Source: Candidatus Bruticola sp.
GTDB lineage: Bacteria; Vulcanimicrobiota; Xenobia; Xenobiales; Xenobiaceae
Length of the DNA: 61,573 nucleotides
Reading direction: 5' to 3'
Assembly (NCBI GenBank): GCA_051874735.1
Contig: JBJEGD010000010.1
Coordinates: 1-61,573, forward strand
Below are positions 41,539-51,060 of the stretch, piece after piece; the stretch's first letter is position 1; each line of letters begins with the position of its first letter. A program made the translations under genes and the position numbers. The notes below the pieces were generated by a model that saw nothing but the letters and a program-made list of their open reading frames with translations, had not been told where the DNA came from and ran no database searches.

Positions 41539-42927
41539 TTGAGGGAGTTTGGCCTTATGGCTGCAGACAAGGTAAAAACGGAGGGATCTCTCCAGAAAAC
41601 TGAAGAGGTCTCAGCTGCCAGCAGTGAAGCTGAGCTTTTTTCCCGGTGTTTTTTGGAATCTTTGGGACACGATCTGTCATTTTATCAGGACAGTGCAGAG
41701 GAGCAGAGTCAGTGTGAATCTTGCGAACATAAAGACCCTGTTGGCGATAGGGAGTTGGTAGCAAATCCAGCTCAGATAGTCGATTCAGTAGAAGCGGTTG
41801 CGGATAAAGAAACACTACAAGCTGAGGCTAGTTCAGATAGAACTGAACAAGAAGGCGAGGATAGAGCCCAAAAAGTCGAGTTTAAGTCTGCAGATGAAGA
41901 GTTACAGCTTCAGCAGCCTGAGTTAGAGGGGGCCGATTGTGAAGCTGAATTGAACTGCGAAGGGGAGGCTGAACAGGAAATACCTAAGCTGCGCATAGTT
42001 TTTGCCGGTATGGATGGGCGTTTCTCTACTACCGCTTTGCAGGTTTTAGCCGGAGCTCATCAGATTGTCGGTATCATCCACTCCCATCCTCGCCGTAGCC
42101 AAGGCAGCTTCTTAGAAAGGTGGATGAAGGCCGGTAAAGGAGAAGGCAATTTAAAAAAATTTGCCGACTACTACGGATGCCCTTTCTTTTCAGCCCAGCG
42201 CGAATACAATTACGAATTGTTGCGTTTTGTAAAGCATTTGCGGCCCGATCTCATTTGTGTTTCTAATTTTTCGATAATTTTGCCCCCCGACATTTTTGAC
42301 ATACCTAAGTACGGAGCGATAAATCTGCATTTAGCAGCACTGCCCGAGTATCGCGGTCCTAATCCGTGGCTTTGGATGTTTTATGACGGTTGCAGCGAGA
42401 ATAAATACGTTGTTCATCAAATAGATGAAGGTGAAGATACAGGGCCTATACTGGCAGAAAATTCCTATAATATACCTCCCAATGTTACGGTCGGAGAGCT
42501 AGCGGACTGCGTGTTGCCCAATGCCGCTTGTCTGATGCTCAGAGTAGTAGATGACATAGCTTTGGGAAAAGCCTCAGCTCGTCCGCAGAAAATTGAAGGG
42601 TCGCTGCGCCGAGCCCGTTACGTTAAACCTGGTGAGCCATTAATCAATTGGCAGGAGTGGGGGGCTGAGAGAGTGGCCTCTTTTTTAAGAGGCGCCAGCA
42701 TCTGGTATGAACCCTTTTCTATTTTTCCCTGTTTAGTGCGTGTTTACGAACCAGCAGTGTTGGGCAGCAGCCGAGGGCGCGTCGGTACTAACCATTGGCG
42801 CTTGTGGTACGGTTGGATATCTTGCCGTGACGGTATTGTGCCTTATAAAATTTATATCAAGCGCTATGAATTTTTGCGCTTATTTGTGCCGCTGCTTCTA
42901 ATGCTGCTGTTGGCCGTGCTTTTCTAA
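41539..42927 (+). CDS. Formyltransferase (Fmt-like) with acidic N-terminal extension and C-terminal TM
   Basis: INLHLAALPEYRGPNP, HQIDEGEDTGPIL formyl-THF motifs; Glu-rich first ~150 aa; hydrophobic tail. Confidence 0.85.
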   Translation: MREFGLMAADKVKTEGSLQKTEEVSAASSEAELFSRCFLESLGHDLSFYQDSAEEQSQCESCEHKDPVGDRELVANPAQIVDSVEAVADKETLQAEASSDRTEQEGEDRAQKVEFKSADEELQLQQPELEGADCEAELNCEGEAEQEIPKLRIVFAGMDGRFSTTALQVLAGAHQIVGIIHSHPRRSQGSFLERWMKAGKGEGNLKKFADYYGCPFFSAQREYNYELLRFVKHLRPDLICVSNFSIILPPDIFDIPKYGAINLHLAALPEYRGPNPWLWMFYDGCSENKYVVHQIDEGEDTGPILAENSYNIPPNVTVGELADCVLPNAACLMLRVVDDIALGKASARPQKIEGSLRRARYVKPGEPLINWQEWGAERVASFLRGASIWYEPFSIFPCLVRVYEPAVLGSSRGRVGTNHWRLWYGWISCRDGIVPYKIYIKRYEFLRLFVPLLLMLLLAVLF

Positions 42928-42945
42928 ATATAGTAAAAAAATGTA

Positions 42946-42989
42946 CAAGGCCCTCGGCCGTTTTGGGTAGACGGCAGCCGAGGGCCTTG
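42946..42989. terminator. Hairpin between convergent genes (probable terminator)
   Basis: CAAGGCCCTCGGC...GCCGAGGGCCTTG 13-bp inverted repeat with an A-tract on its left. Confidence 0.75.
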
Positions 42990-43014
42990 GGCTTGGAGAA
43001 GCAAATTTCACAAG

Positions 43015-43722
43015 TTAATCGTAATCGAACAGGTGGGGCAAAATTTCTTCCGCTTTGCCGTTTATCTGCTCTATAGAACTTCCGTTGTAAGCCAGTTCTT
43101 CTAAATTGATTATAACTACCCTAGCTCCAGCTTGCTTGGCAATGGGGACAAAGCCGGCAGCTGGATAGACTATACCAGAAGTTCCCACCACTAAGAATAG
43201 ATCGGCATGTTCTAACAAATCGTAGGAGGAAGCTAAAACTTCCGGATCGAGCGATTCATTGAACAGTACTATATCGTAGCGCAGTGGAGCTCCACAATGG
43301 CTGCAGGAGCGGAATTTTATTTCTTTATCTACGAAGGGCGGTGTACAGTAGCGGCTGCATTGGGAGCGGTGAATGGTTCCGTGTAGTTCTATAACATGGC
43401 GACTGCCAGCTTTCTGGTGTAGCTCATCTATGTTTTGAGTCAGAATCCAGGTGTTTTTGGTACGTTTTTCCAATTCAGCCAGAGCCAAATGGGCTGGATT
43501 GGGAGAAACCTCATTAGATTTTTTGCGCACTGGAGCAAAAGCGTCCCAAACTTTTTGAGGATGGCGTTTAAGAGCTTGAGCTGTAGCACATTCTTGGATG
43601 TCTTTATCTGTCCATAGTCCGCCTGGGCCGCGAAAAGGGGCAATTCCTGAAGCTGCTGAAATGCCTGCACCTGTTAAAACAACAATATTAGGGTAATCTT
43701 TGACGCGAATTTTTTCGGTCAT
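43015..43722 (-). CDS. Sir2-family NAD-dependent deacylase (CobB-like)
   Basis: LTGAGISA.SGI..FRG..GLW, PNPAH, TQNID.LH..AG, LHG, Cys pairs, GTSG.VYPAA, IIN. Confidence 0.93.
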   Translation of the reverse strand: MTEKIRVKDYPNIVVLTGAGISAASGIAPFRGPGGLWTDKDIQECATAQALKRHPQKVWDAFAPVRKKSNEVSPNPAHLALAELEKRTKNTWILTQNIDELHQKAGSRHVIELHGTIHRSQCSRYCTPPFVDKEIKFRSCSHCGAPLRYDIVLFNESLDPEVLASSYDLLEHADLFLVVGTSGIVYPAAGFVPIAKQAGARVVIINLEELAYNGSSIEQINGKAEEILPHLFDYD

Positions 43723-43874
43723 TTTTCCACCTCTGACAGCCGTTCATTTTGAATGTTAGAAACAATTTGAATTTAGCACATCAATTAGGCAAAAGCAATT
43801 AAAGATAATTGACTAGCCTTAGTTAAAGTGCTTGTGTGGCCGCACATATATATTTACAGCAGAGTGTAAACTAA

Positions 43875-44888
43875 ATGTTTGAATTATTAAAAAATAAAAT
43901 ACCTAAACTCTGTTTGGCTCCTATGGCTGGTTTAACCGATTTGCCTTTTCGCGAGCTTTGCCGCTGGGCAGGCGGAGTGCAAGAAACTTTTGTGCCTATG
44001 ATCGGCTTGACGGCTCTATTAGACAAAGGAAGTCGCCGTCACACTATGTCTCTGCTCAATTGGAAAGATGCACCTACCGATCGGCAGGTGCAGATTTTCG
44101 CTTCTAAAGTTGAAGAGTTCGCTCCCGCTTGTCGTTTGCTGCTCGATTTAGGAGCGTCTGCCTTCAATTTAAATTTAGGTTGCCAAGTTCCTAAAATTAT
44201 TAAAAATGGTGCAGGCGCTGCTTTGCTACAAAATTTGGATCAGGCGTTACGAATTATTGAAGCGGGCGTAAAAGCTTCAGACGGTCGGGTTCCGGTGAGT
44301 GTAAAGCTGCGCTTGGGTTGGGATTATTTCAATATAGATCAGCTGCTGCCTAAAATGAAAAATTTAGGCGTCTCGGCAGTTTTTATACATGGACGTTTGG
44401 CCTCTGATCAGTTTGGCGGCAGAGTCCGCTGGCCAGAATTGTACTCTGCCGCCCAAGTATGCTCTGTACCTTTTTATGCCAACGGGGATATTACTGACTT
44501 CAGCAGCGCCTTTAAAATGTTTTCTCTGCCTAACTGCCAAGGTTTAATGATCGGCAGGGCCGCTTTGGGACGCCCCGATATTTTTGCTGATTTGGATTGG
44601 TTGTTCCGCCAAGTCTGCGGTTGGAAGAATGATATTTCGTTTGACAGGATAAAAAATTTAGAAATAGAGCGGCTTAGAGAGAAAAAGGCCTCGCTTAACG
44701 GTATTAATTTAGCTCGAAAACATGTGGCTCTAGCTCAAGAATACCAAAACGACTCTGAATTAGCTGTAGTGCGTCGGCTGCGACGCCATCTGTCCGCTTA
44801 CTCCTGTTTGTCCCGCGATAAAATTATGCAGGCTGAAACCTTTGCTCAATTAGAGCAAATACTCTCGGCTTCAACGGAAAACCTATAG
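43875..44888 (+). CDS. tRNA-dihydrouridine synthase (DusB-like)
   Basis: LAPMAGLTD, NLNLGC, GAGAALL, VSVK.RLG, IHGR, ANGDI, MIGRAALG.P. Confidence 0.9.
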   Translation: MFELLKNKIPKLCLAPMAGLTDLPFRELCRWAGGVQETFVPMIGLTALLDKGSRRHTMSLLNWKDAPTDRQVQIFASKVEEFAPACRLLLDLGASAFNLNLGCQVPKIIKNGAGAALLQNLDQALRIIEAGVKASDGRVPVSVKLRLGWDYFNIDQLLPKMKNLGVSAVFIHGRLASDQFGGRVRWPELYSAAQVCSVPFYANGDITDFSSAFKMFSLPNCQGLMIGRAALGRPDIFADLDWLFRQVCGWKNDISFDRIKNLEIERLREKKASLNGINLARKHVALAQEYQNDSELAVVRRLRRHLSAYSCLSRDKIMQAETFAQLEQILSASTENL

Positions 44889-44894
44889 AAATTT

Positions 44895-46622
44895 TCAGTT
44901 CAACGCAGAACGCACTTCCAGAGCTGTTTGATAACCGTTATGAAAAGACTGGACAAAATTGGGCGCTGTGTTGTTATCTGTAAGAGCCAAATGGAGAGGC
45001 GGAAGCTGTTTCTTTAGCTGAATGGCTGCCGATTTCAGCTTACTGTCGGCCCAGATCTGTTTTGGACACGCACAACGGAACTGCCCGAAATTAGAAGCCC
45101 AAAATATATGTGATTGTTGGGCAAACTTGTCTATGAAGGGCAGAGTTTCATCTTTGATATTTTTAAAATAATCGGCCAGTCGATAGGGAGAAATTTTTTG
45201 TGGCTGTTGGCGCAATAACACTGAAGAAGAGTGGGGCAGTGAGTCTTCTCTCTGACACTGGCTGTTCCAGTAAATAACCTCCGGATAGTTCAATAAACGA
45301 TTGAGGAGCGCAGCGGGAGCATCAAATATTTTGCGGTTATAAATTACTGGTTCTAAATCGGCAGCTACAGCTATAGAACTCCAACATGTTGTTTTTTCCA
45401 ACAAGGGACGGTTTAGCAGCTTATACAGAGCGGTTGATGAACCAGCAAATACTGCTTGGCGAGCTATAATGCGTTGCTTCTGTTGTTGGCGCAAATCTAG
45501 ACCTATTATTTCTATTCCGTTGCGCTGCTTTTGGAGACTGATTATGGGGAAATTAAGTTTAACTAAAGGGGTCAGCTGTTTTATTAAAGGCTCAAGCAGC
45601 TGAGCGCAGCCTTTTTCCCAAGTTAGGAAAGTTCTGGTCGGCTGCATCATTTGATAACGATCTCGGCACAAATGATAGAGGCCGACCCAGGCTGAAATTT
45701 TATCGGCAGTAAGTCCGCTAGCTGAATATACAACTCTGTTAATAAAAGGTTCAGTGGCAAGCAGCCACAGTTTCTTTTCTGATAGATAATTTTTTAAAGT
45801 TACGTTATCTAAACTTTGGGCTTCCGATGAAACTAAATTAAGCGGTGAGGTAAAGTAGAGAAGTCCGTCGTTGCCTCTTTTACGGCTCATTTCATTTAAA
45901 AATTCATCGAAACGCGCGGCAGAATGTTCCTGATCGTCGGCGGAGTTGTGTTTTAAATCGTTTTTATCATAATTGCCGAAAACCCATCGTCCTAAACTAA
46001 GCAGACGCTCTTGAGGATAAAAGGCCAAATAATCGGTATTAAACAAAGGGCGGCCGCTAGCGTCAGTGCCAGTTACTATATTCTGCTTTTGTAAAAATTC
46101 TAAAAAGATTTCGTCGCGGTTGTCGGGCAGAGACAGCTTAGACGAGGTCCAGGGAACGTATTGAGGACCGATATTCGAATTGCCGCTATGGAGATATAAA
46201 CTTTGTGTGCAGCCGCCTATTTTACTTGAACCTTCAAAAATGGCTATGTTGTCTACTCCTAACTCTATTAAGCGGTTGGCGCAGACTAAACCTGCTACTC
46301 CTGAGCCTATAACTGCTGTATCGAGGTTGAGCGTTTCACGGCTGTAAGGGAGAGTTGACCGCTGAGTCAGGTACTGATCTTCTGGCAGGTAAAAGTCATT
46401 TCCCCGTTGCCAATACCAAGTGTCAGGACCGCAGTGCAGTTCTGCAAAGCCGGTTTTTAAATTTATTTGATCTGCTTGGGTTGTTTGGTTAGTTTGACTG
46501 CGGTGCGGCTCCGGTTGAAAATTTAGGCAACCTCCACTAGACAGAGTACACCATCCTAGACATCCAGCTAAACAAGCTTGTAAAAATGAGCGGCGTGAAA
46601 TCATTGTTCCATAGTCTGCCAA
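44895..46622 (-). CDS. Tat-exported FAD-dependent oxidoreductase (amine-oxidase-like)
   Basis: SRRSFL twin-arginine motif, AVIGSGVAGL...IFE...IGG dinucleotide fold; overlaps the end of the spermidine synthase gene. Confidence 0.8.
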   Translation of the reverse strand: MADYGTMISRRSFLQACLAGCLGWCTLSSGGCLNFQPEPHRSQTNQTTQADQINLKTGFAELHCGPDTWYWQRGNDFYLPEDQYLTQRSTLPYSRETLNLDTAVIGSGVAGLVCANRLIELGVDNIAIFEGSSKIGGCTQSLYLHSGNSNIGPQYVPWTSSKLSLPDNRDEIFLEFLQKQNIVTGTDASGRPLFNTDYLAFYPQERLLSLGRWVFGNYDKNDLKHNSADDQEHSAARFDEFLNEMSRKRGNDGLLYFTSPLNLVSSEAQSLDNVTLKNYLSEKKLWLLATEPFINRVVYSASGLTADKISAWVGLYHLCRDRYQMMQPTRTFLTWEKGCAQLLEPLIKQLTPLVKLNFPIISLQKQRNGIEIIGLDLRQQQKQRIIARQAVFAGSSTALYKLLNRPLLEKTTCWSSIAVAADLEPVIYNRKIFDAPAALLNRLLNYPEVIYWNSQCQREDSLPHSSSVLLRQQPQKISPYRLADYFKNIKDETLPFIDKFAQQSHIFWASNFGQFRCACPKQIWADSKLKSAAIQLKKQLPPLHLALTDNNTAPNFVQSFHNGYQTALEVRSALN

Positions 46623-48097
46623 TCTTTATCGTAATAATGAACTAAAATTTGGTTGTGGAGCTGATTTATATCTGTATCGACATAGGCCATATCTTTAGGC
46701 ATAGCAAACATTGATTTAGTAAATTCTGGAGTTAAAAAACGCTGCCCCTGGCATTGAGGCAGCTCGATTTTTTTATGAGCAAACAGACAGAAACCCCACT
46801 CTCCAAAGGAGGGAACATTTACGTGATAAGGGTAAGTAGTCACTCCAGTACTGGCTAGCGTATTGACAATGCACCAATACGATTGGCGAGCAAAGTACGG
46901 CGAGGTACATTGGATGGAGCCAACTCCCCCAGGTTTTAAATGGGCGGTCAGTTTGCGGAAAAAATTGTGAGTATAAAGTTTGCCGACGGAAAAATTGCTA
47001 GGATCCGGGAAGTCAACTAAAATTACATCGTACATGTCTCGGCAGCTGTTAATCCAGATAAAAGCATCTTGGTTATGTATAGTCAACTTGGGTGAATTTA
47101 GAGAATTTTCGTTAAGTGAAATTAGCAACGGATGTTCACTGAACAGTTTAGTCATTTCTGGGTCCAGATCTACCAAATCGATGTGCTTTACATTATGGTT
47201 GCGGAGCAGCTCCCGAGCTGCCATACCGTCGCCTCCGCCTAAAATAAGCACTTTGTCCACTGATTCAGCCGCCTGCAGCGGAGGGAGAGTTAGTGACTCA
47301 TGGTATCGGCTTTCATCTTGAGAAGAGAACTGCAGATTATTATTCAGGTACAGACGCACATCATCATTGCGTCTAGTTACAATTAACCTTTGATATTGGG
47401 TTTGGCGCGAGATAATAATATTGTCAGTATAAAGAGATTCTTCAGCTAATTTGGTTATTTTGTTAGCCATAATGAATATGGAAATAAGGAGTATCCCGGC
47501 TAATATCGCTTCGCAGAGCAGCTGAAGGCGTTTTCGTTTAGGCACTGGGAATAAGTATAAAAAGCCGATAGCTACCACTATATTGACAAAACCGAAAAAA
47601 GCTGAAGTGCGTATTAATCCCAAAAACGGCACGAAAAAGAGGGGAAAGAGTAGAGAAGCTATTAAAGAACCAATGTAATCTAAGGACAGTACTTGGGAGA
47701 GTAGTTCTTTAAATTCAAGTTTATCCTTGAGTATGCGCAGTAACATGGGGACTTCTAAGCCGCTGAGCATACCGATAATGCTGACGGCGGCATAAAGTAT
47801 AAAGCGGAAGCTAGCCGCATTTGTGTAGCCAAAAGTTAAAAAGAGCAAGGCTGCGGAAACGCCCCCGCAGGTGCCTATCGCTAATTGCAGACGTACAAAT
47901 TTTGTGTTTAAGTCTTTTTCTATAAATTTGCTCAGCCACGAGCCTAAGCCTAGAGCAAACATATAGGTGCCTATGACGGTAGAAAATTGCAGAACAGAAT
48001 CGCCAAGCAAATAGCTGGCTAAGGTGCCGGCTAACAGTTCATATATTAAACTGCAAGTGGCAACAACAAAAACTGATATGAGAATAAGCGCGTGCAT
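46601..48097 (-). CDS. speE: Membrane-fused polyamine aminopropyltransferase (spermidine synthase)
   Basis: About 7 N-terminal TM helices (YEL..GTLASYL.G, G.EVP, DY.GSL), then YQR, LQFSS.DE.RYHE, LGGGDG, VDLD, DFPDP, VPSFGEWGF. Confidence 0.93.
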   Translation of the reverse strand: MHALILISVFVVATCSLIYELLAGTLASYLLGDSVLQFSTVIGTYMFALGLGSWLSKFIEKDLNTKFVRLQLAIGTCGGVSAALLFLTFGYTNAASFRFILYAAVSIIGMLSGLEVPMLLRILKDKLEFKELLSQVLSLDYIGSLIASLLFPLFFVPFLGLIRTSAFFGFVNIVVAIGFLYLFPVPKRKRLQLLCEAILAGILLISIFIMANKITKLAEESLYTDNIIISRQTQYQRLIVTRRNDDVRLYLNNNLQFSSQDESRYHESLTLPPLQAAESVDKVLILGGGDGMAARELLRNHNVKHIDLVDLDPEMTKLFSEHPLLISLNENSLNSPKLTIHNQDAFIWINSCRDMYDVILVDFPDPSNFSVGKLYTHNFFRKLTAHLKPGGVGSIQCTSPYFARQSYWCIVNTLASTGVTTYPYHVNVPSFGEWGFCLFAHKKIELPQCQGQRFLTPEFTKSMFAMPKDMAYVDTDINQLHNQILVHYYDKDWQTMEQ

Positions 48098-48127
48098 AAC
48101 AAACTATAGGAAAGTATGAAGAGCTTT

Positions 48128-48161
48128 ACACAAGAATAGGGCTCAGCGATCTGCTGAGCCC
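48128..48161 (-). terminator. Hairpin (possible terminator) between the small peptide gene and speE
   Basis: GGGCTCAGC-5nt-GCTGAGCCC at 48139-48161, followed on the minus strand by TATTCTTGTGT. Confidence 0.5.
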
Positions 48162-48198
48162 AACTGGTAGATGATGAATGACATTCTAAATAGTAAGA

Positions 48199-48387
48199 TT
48201 ATTTGCCAGTAAAAACTGTATAGTAAAAGCCGCGGTGGGCCGAATGATTATTGCGCACAGTTCGTCCTGGCTCTTTCTTTACTGAAGCGTCATCTGAGGG
48301 ATCGATAGGTGAAAATCCGAATACTTGGCAGGCGATAAAGAAGAGTCCCAAAGCCCAGCATACGGCGACATACCAATGCTTAAACAT
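48199..48387 (-). CDS. Small (62-aa) membrane-anchored protein of the DUF4178/speE cluster
   Basis: ATG 48387 with an AGGAG RBS; one TM helix, then a basic/aromatic tail ending FTGK. Confidence 0.75.
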   Translation of the reverse strand: MFKHWYVAVCWALGLFFIACQVFGFSPIDPSDDASVKKEPGRTVRNNHSAHRGFYYTVFTGK

Positions 48388-48440
48388 AAAATTTACTCCT
48401 TTGCTGAGGAAGGCTGCATTTTTAGTAGCCAATGGAAATA

Positions 48441-50432
48441 TTAGTCGTCATCACTGTCAGCATGGTCGCTGTTGGCCCAGCGATCAGACTCTAGACTGCG
48501 ATAACGCATGAAGTAATAAGCGGGTGTGATGGACATCAATATCACCATAACGAAGAAATAACTCCAAAAAGGAGCATCGCGTGATACATTTATAGTGTAA
48601 GAAAAAACTGATTTAGTTTGTACATTTTCTAGGCCAGGAACTTCTTTGTAAACTTGCCCCTTCTCGCTGTTGCCTACACCAAAAGTTGGCACTATGCGCA
48701 GACAATAACGACCGGCCGACACGTTGGGAATGATAACCTTCGCTGGTGTGTTACCCCGCTCGTGATCTTCGTACCATTTATCCGCGGTAGCTTCAACAAC
48801 TCTAGCTTCATTAGTTTTTACATTTATAAGAGTAGTATTAAATTCGACCCAGGCGTTGTCTTCACGGCAGCCGAAGGTGCCTTTTAAGGCTAAGCTGCCA
48901 TATTTTCCGGGTACATTAAACTCATCAGTTATAAAAGTAGAATCTTTGCCTTCATAAACGGTATTATTGAAAGTTGCCAGATCCTTTTCGCCACAGGCAG
49001 TAGCTACAATAGTTATCAGCATAAATATAGTAGCTAAAACGAAATGCAATCCAGTGACCTTCATAGGCTTCTTGAAGCGGTTAGGCTCCAACATGCCGAT
49101 GGTGTAGGTCTTTTCAGCTAATTCAGGCTTTTTAAAGGCTGCGGCTATCTCTTCGGGACTTACGTACTCACTCTGTGACCAAAACACGCCTTCGCTGTTG
49201 AGTTCTGAACAGAGACCGTAAGGAGGAGCTATGTAGTCGACCATTTTCGATACTTCGTCTTTGACGACCAAGTAAGGAAATTCACCTATAACAGATTCTA
49301 CCTTTCCGATATAGCTTGAATAATGTTTGTACCAGGTACCATTGAAATAGGCAGCACCGTATAAATTTTTTAAAGGCAGAATCGATTTGCCTTCGTCTTT
49401 GCTGGGCAAACTGTGGAGAATATGATTTATACTCCAGGAGCCACTGTTGTACTCCAGATATAGGAACTGCCCTTGACTGTTATCATAAAGAAGGTACTCT
49501 TCCCAATACTCTTTTAAGCCCTCATCTAGAGAATATTTTTTCTGGGCGCCTATAACTGTCCAAGATATATTGTTGAAGGTGGCTGTTGCTCCCAACGGAA
49601 TACGCAGAGCATTCTTAGCCATCTTGGTTTCGTATTGGAAGAGCAGCTGGACATTATTATTTGAAATATCACTACAGCTGCCGCAGTATTCGCATACGTA
49701 GCTCCTGGCTAACTGGCCGCTTTGTACCTCATGGGCTGCACCGCAGCAGGGGCACTGAAAAGTGCGCACCGGCGCAGACAGAATACGCAATCTTTCTTCG
49801 TCATCTCGCAGATTTTGAAACTTAAAATCTTTAAAATCGAGATATTCTCCCATAAATAGTTCGGGAGCCCCTTCACCGGCAAAATAATCGCTGTAATCGA
49901 TGGTGCCAGCTTTCCCGGAAAGACTGCGCAAATCAATATAGTATAAATCGTAGGAACCGCGCGGGTTAAAGTTAAGCTCGCCTTCGAAAGCTACTACTTG
50001 GGCTTTCCCTTTGTTAGCCACCATGTAAGAGGTGCCATCGTACTGTAGTATAGTGCCAAGCTGAACTTTTTGGTAATCAGGCAGAGGCTTCTTAGGGGTC
50101 TGCTGTATAGTAACACAGTATTCGCCTATAGATTCGCTGAGCCATCCGGTGCGGCCGTCGTTAAAGGCGATAAACCATTCATTCCAGAAACCATCACTTT
50201 GCACGGCCTGAGTGCGTCCCAGAATTTCAAATCCGAGACCTTTAAAAGTACCAGAGGTACCTATTTGAAGTGGGGAAGTATCTGAATGTATGCAAGAAGC
50301 TGTGCCTATACTCTGGATGTTCATGTCTTGGCGCATGAGAACGCTGTGACAATGTTCGCAGGTTGAATATAAGGAACTTTCTAATTTAAATACTACCGGA
50401 GCACCACAAGTGGGGCAATTTACGCTTAACAT
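48441..50432 (-). CDS. Double zinc-ribbon / DUF4178-like membrane protein
   Basis: CPTC..CEHC and CPCC..CEYC ribbons, each followed by a W.E[WY]...G..WL-type beta domain with GE.P-like motifs; two C-terminal TM helices; E..RW..SD terminus. Confidence 0.82.
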   Translation of the reverse strand: MLSVNCPTCGAPVVFKLESSLYSTCEHCHSVLMRQDMNIQSIGTASCIHSDTSPLQIGTSGTFKGLGFEILGRTQAVQSDGFWNEWFIAFNDGRTGWLSESIGEYCVTIQQTPKKPLPDYQKVQLGTILQYDGTSYMVANKGKAQVVAFEGELNFNPRGSYDLYYIDLRSLSGKAGTIDYSDYFAGEGAPELFMGEYLDFKDFKFQNLRDDEERLRILSAPVRTFQCPCCGAAHEVQSGQLARSYVCEYCGSCSDISNNNVQLLFQYETKMAKNALRIPLGATATFNNISWTVIGAQKKYSLDEGLKEYWEEYLLYDNSQGQFLYLEYNSGSWSINHILHSLPSKDEGKSILPLKNLYGAAYFNGTWYKHYSSYIGKVESVIGEFPYLVVKDEVSKMVDYIAPPYGLCSELNSEGVFWSQSEYVSPEEIAAAFKKPELAEKTYTIGMLEPNRFKKPMKVTGLHFVLATIFMLITIVATACGEKDLATFNNTVYEGKDSTFITDEFNVPGKYGSLALKGTFGCREDNAWVEFNTTLINVKTNEARVVEATADKWYEDHERGNTPAKVIIPNVSAGRYCLRIVPTFGVGNSEKGQVYKEVPGLENVQTKSVFSYTINVSRDAPFWSYFFVMVILMSITPAYYFMRYRSLESDRWANSDHADSDDD

Positions 50433-50633
50433 ATCCGTCGTAATTCGTACGACAGTAAAATAACTCCTGGTTTTAGATAAGACTGGTGAAGAGATGTTGC
50501 AAAATTGATTAAAGAATCCTAAAGTTTGGTAAATTAATAAATGTAGATCGCAAAATAGTCTCTAGAGAAAACGGTCAGTGGCTTAAAGCTTGCGCCTTTC
50601 AGCTTGCCGCCGCCGTTTTGTTGGGAGTTTTTT

Positions 50634-51041
50634 ATGAAAACGGCAGTTTCTTCTGAAAATACTTTCGGCAGACATATTATAGCTGAATTTTCAGAATGCA
50701 GCAGTGAGGTCCTAAAGGATCTCGATCTTATAGGCAAGTCTCTGGCCCAAGCAGCCTCAATTGCTGGAGCCACCGTTTTAACCTCAGCTTTTTATCGTTT
50801 CGGAAACGGAGGAGTAAGCGGAGTAGTTATAATTGCTGAATCCCATTTATCAATTCATACTTGGCCCGAAGTTGGATATGCCGCTTGTGATTTTTATACT
50901 TGCGGAGACAGAACGGATCCAGAGAAAGCTTGTGCTTACTTAAAAGAAATTTTTAATTCGCAGCATAGCGAATTACTGGTTATCGAGCGCGGTCTACATA
51001 GCAGCGGGAAACAATATACATACAAAGCAGATTTAAACTGA
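50634..51041 (+). CDS. speD: S-adenosylmethionine decarboxylase proenzyme (short, class 1B type)
   Basis: GRHIIAE, GVSGVVIIAESHLSIHTWPE (E/S autocleavage site), D.YTCG, IERG. ATG 50634 follows GGAG. Confidence 0.93.
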   Translation: MKTAVSSENTFGRHIIAEFSECSSEVLKDLDLIGKSLAQAASIAGATVLTSAFYRFGNGGVSGVVIIAESHLSIHTWPEVGYAACDFYTCGDRTDPEKACAYLKEIFNSQHSELLVIERGLHSSGKQYTYKADLN

Positions 51042-51060
51042 TCATAGGACTTGCACTTAA

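Noticed and set aside
43015-43722. Sir2 protein as an anti-phage (Thoeris/DSR-type) effector
   Set aside because: Short stand-alone CobB-type deacylase with zinc-binding Cys pairs and no defence-associated partner or fusion.
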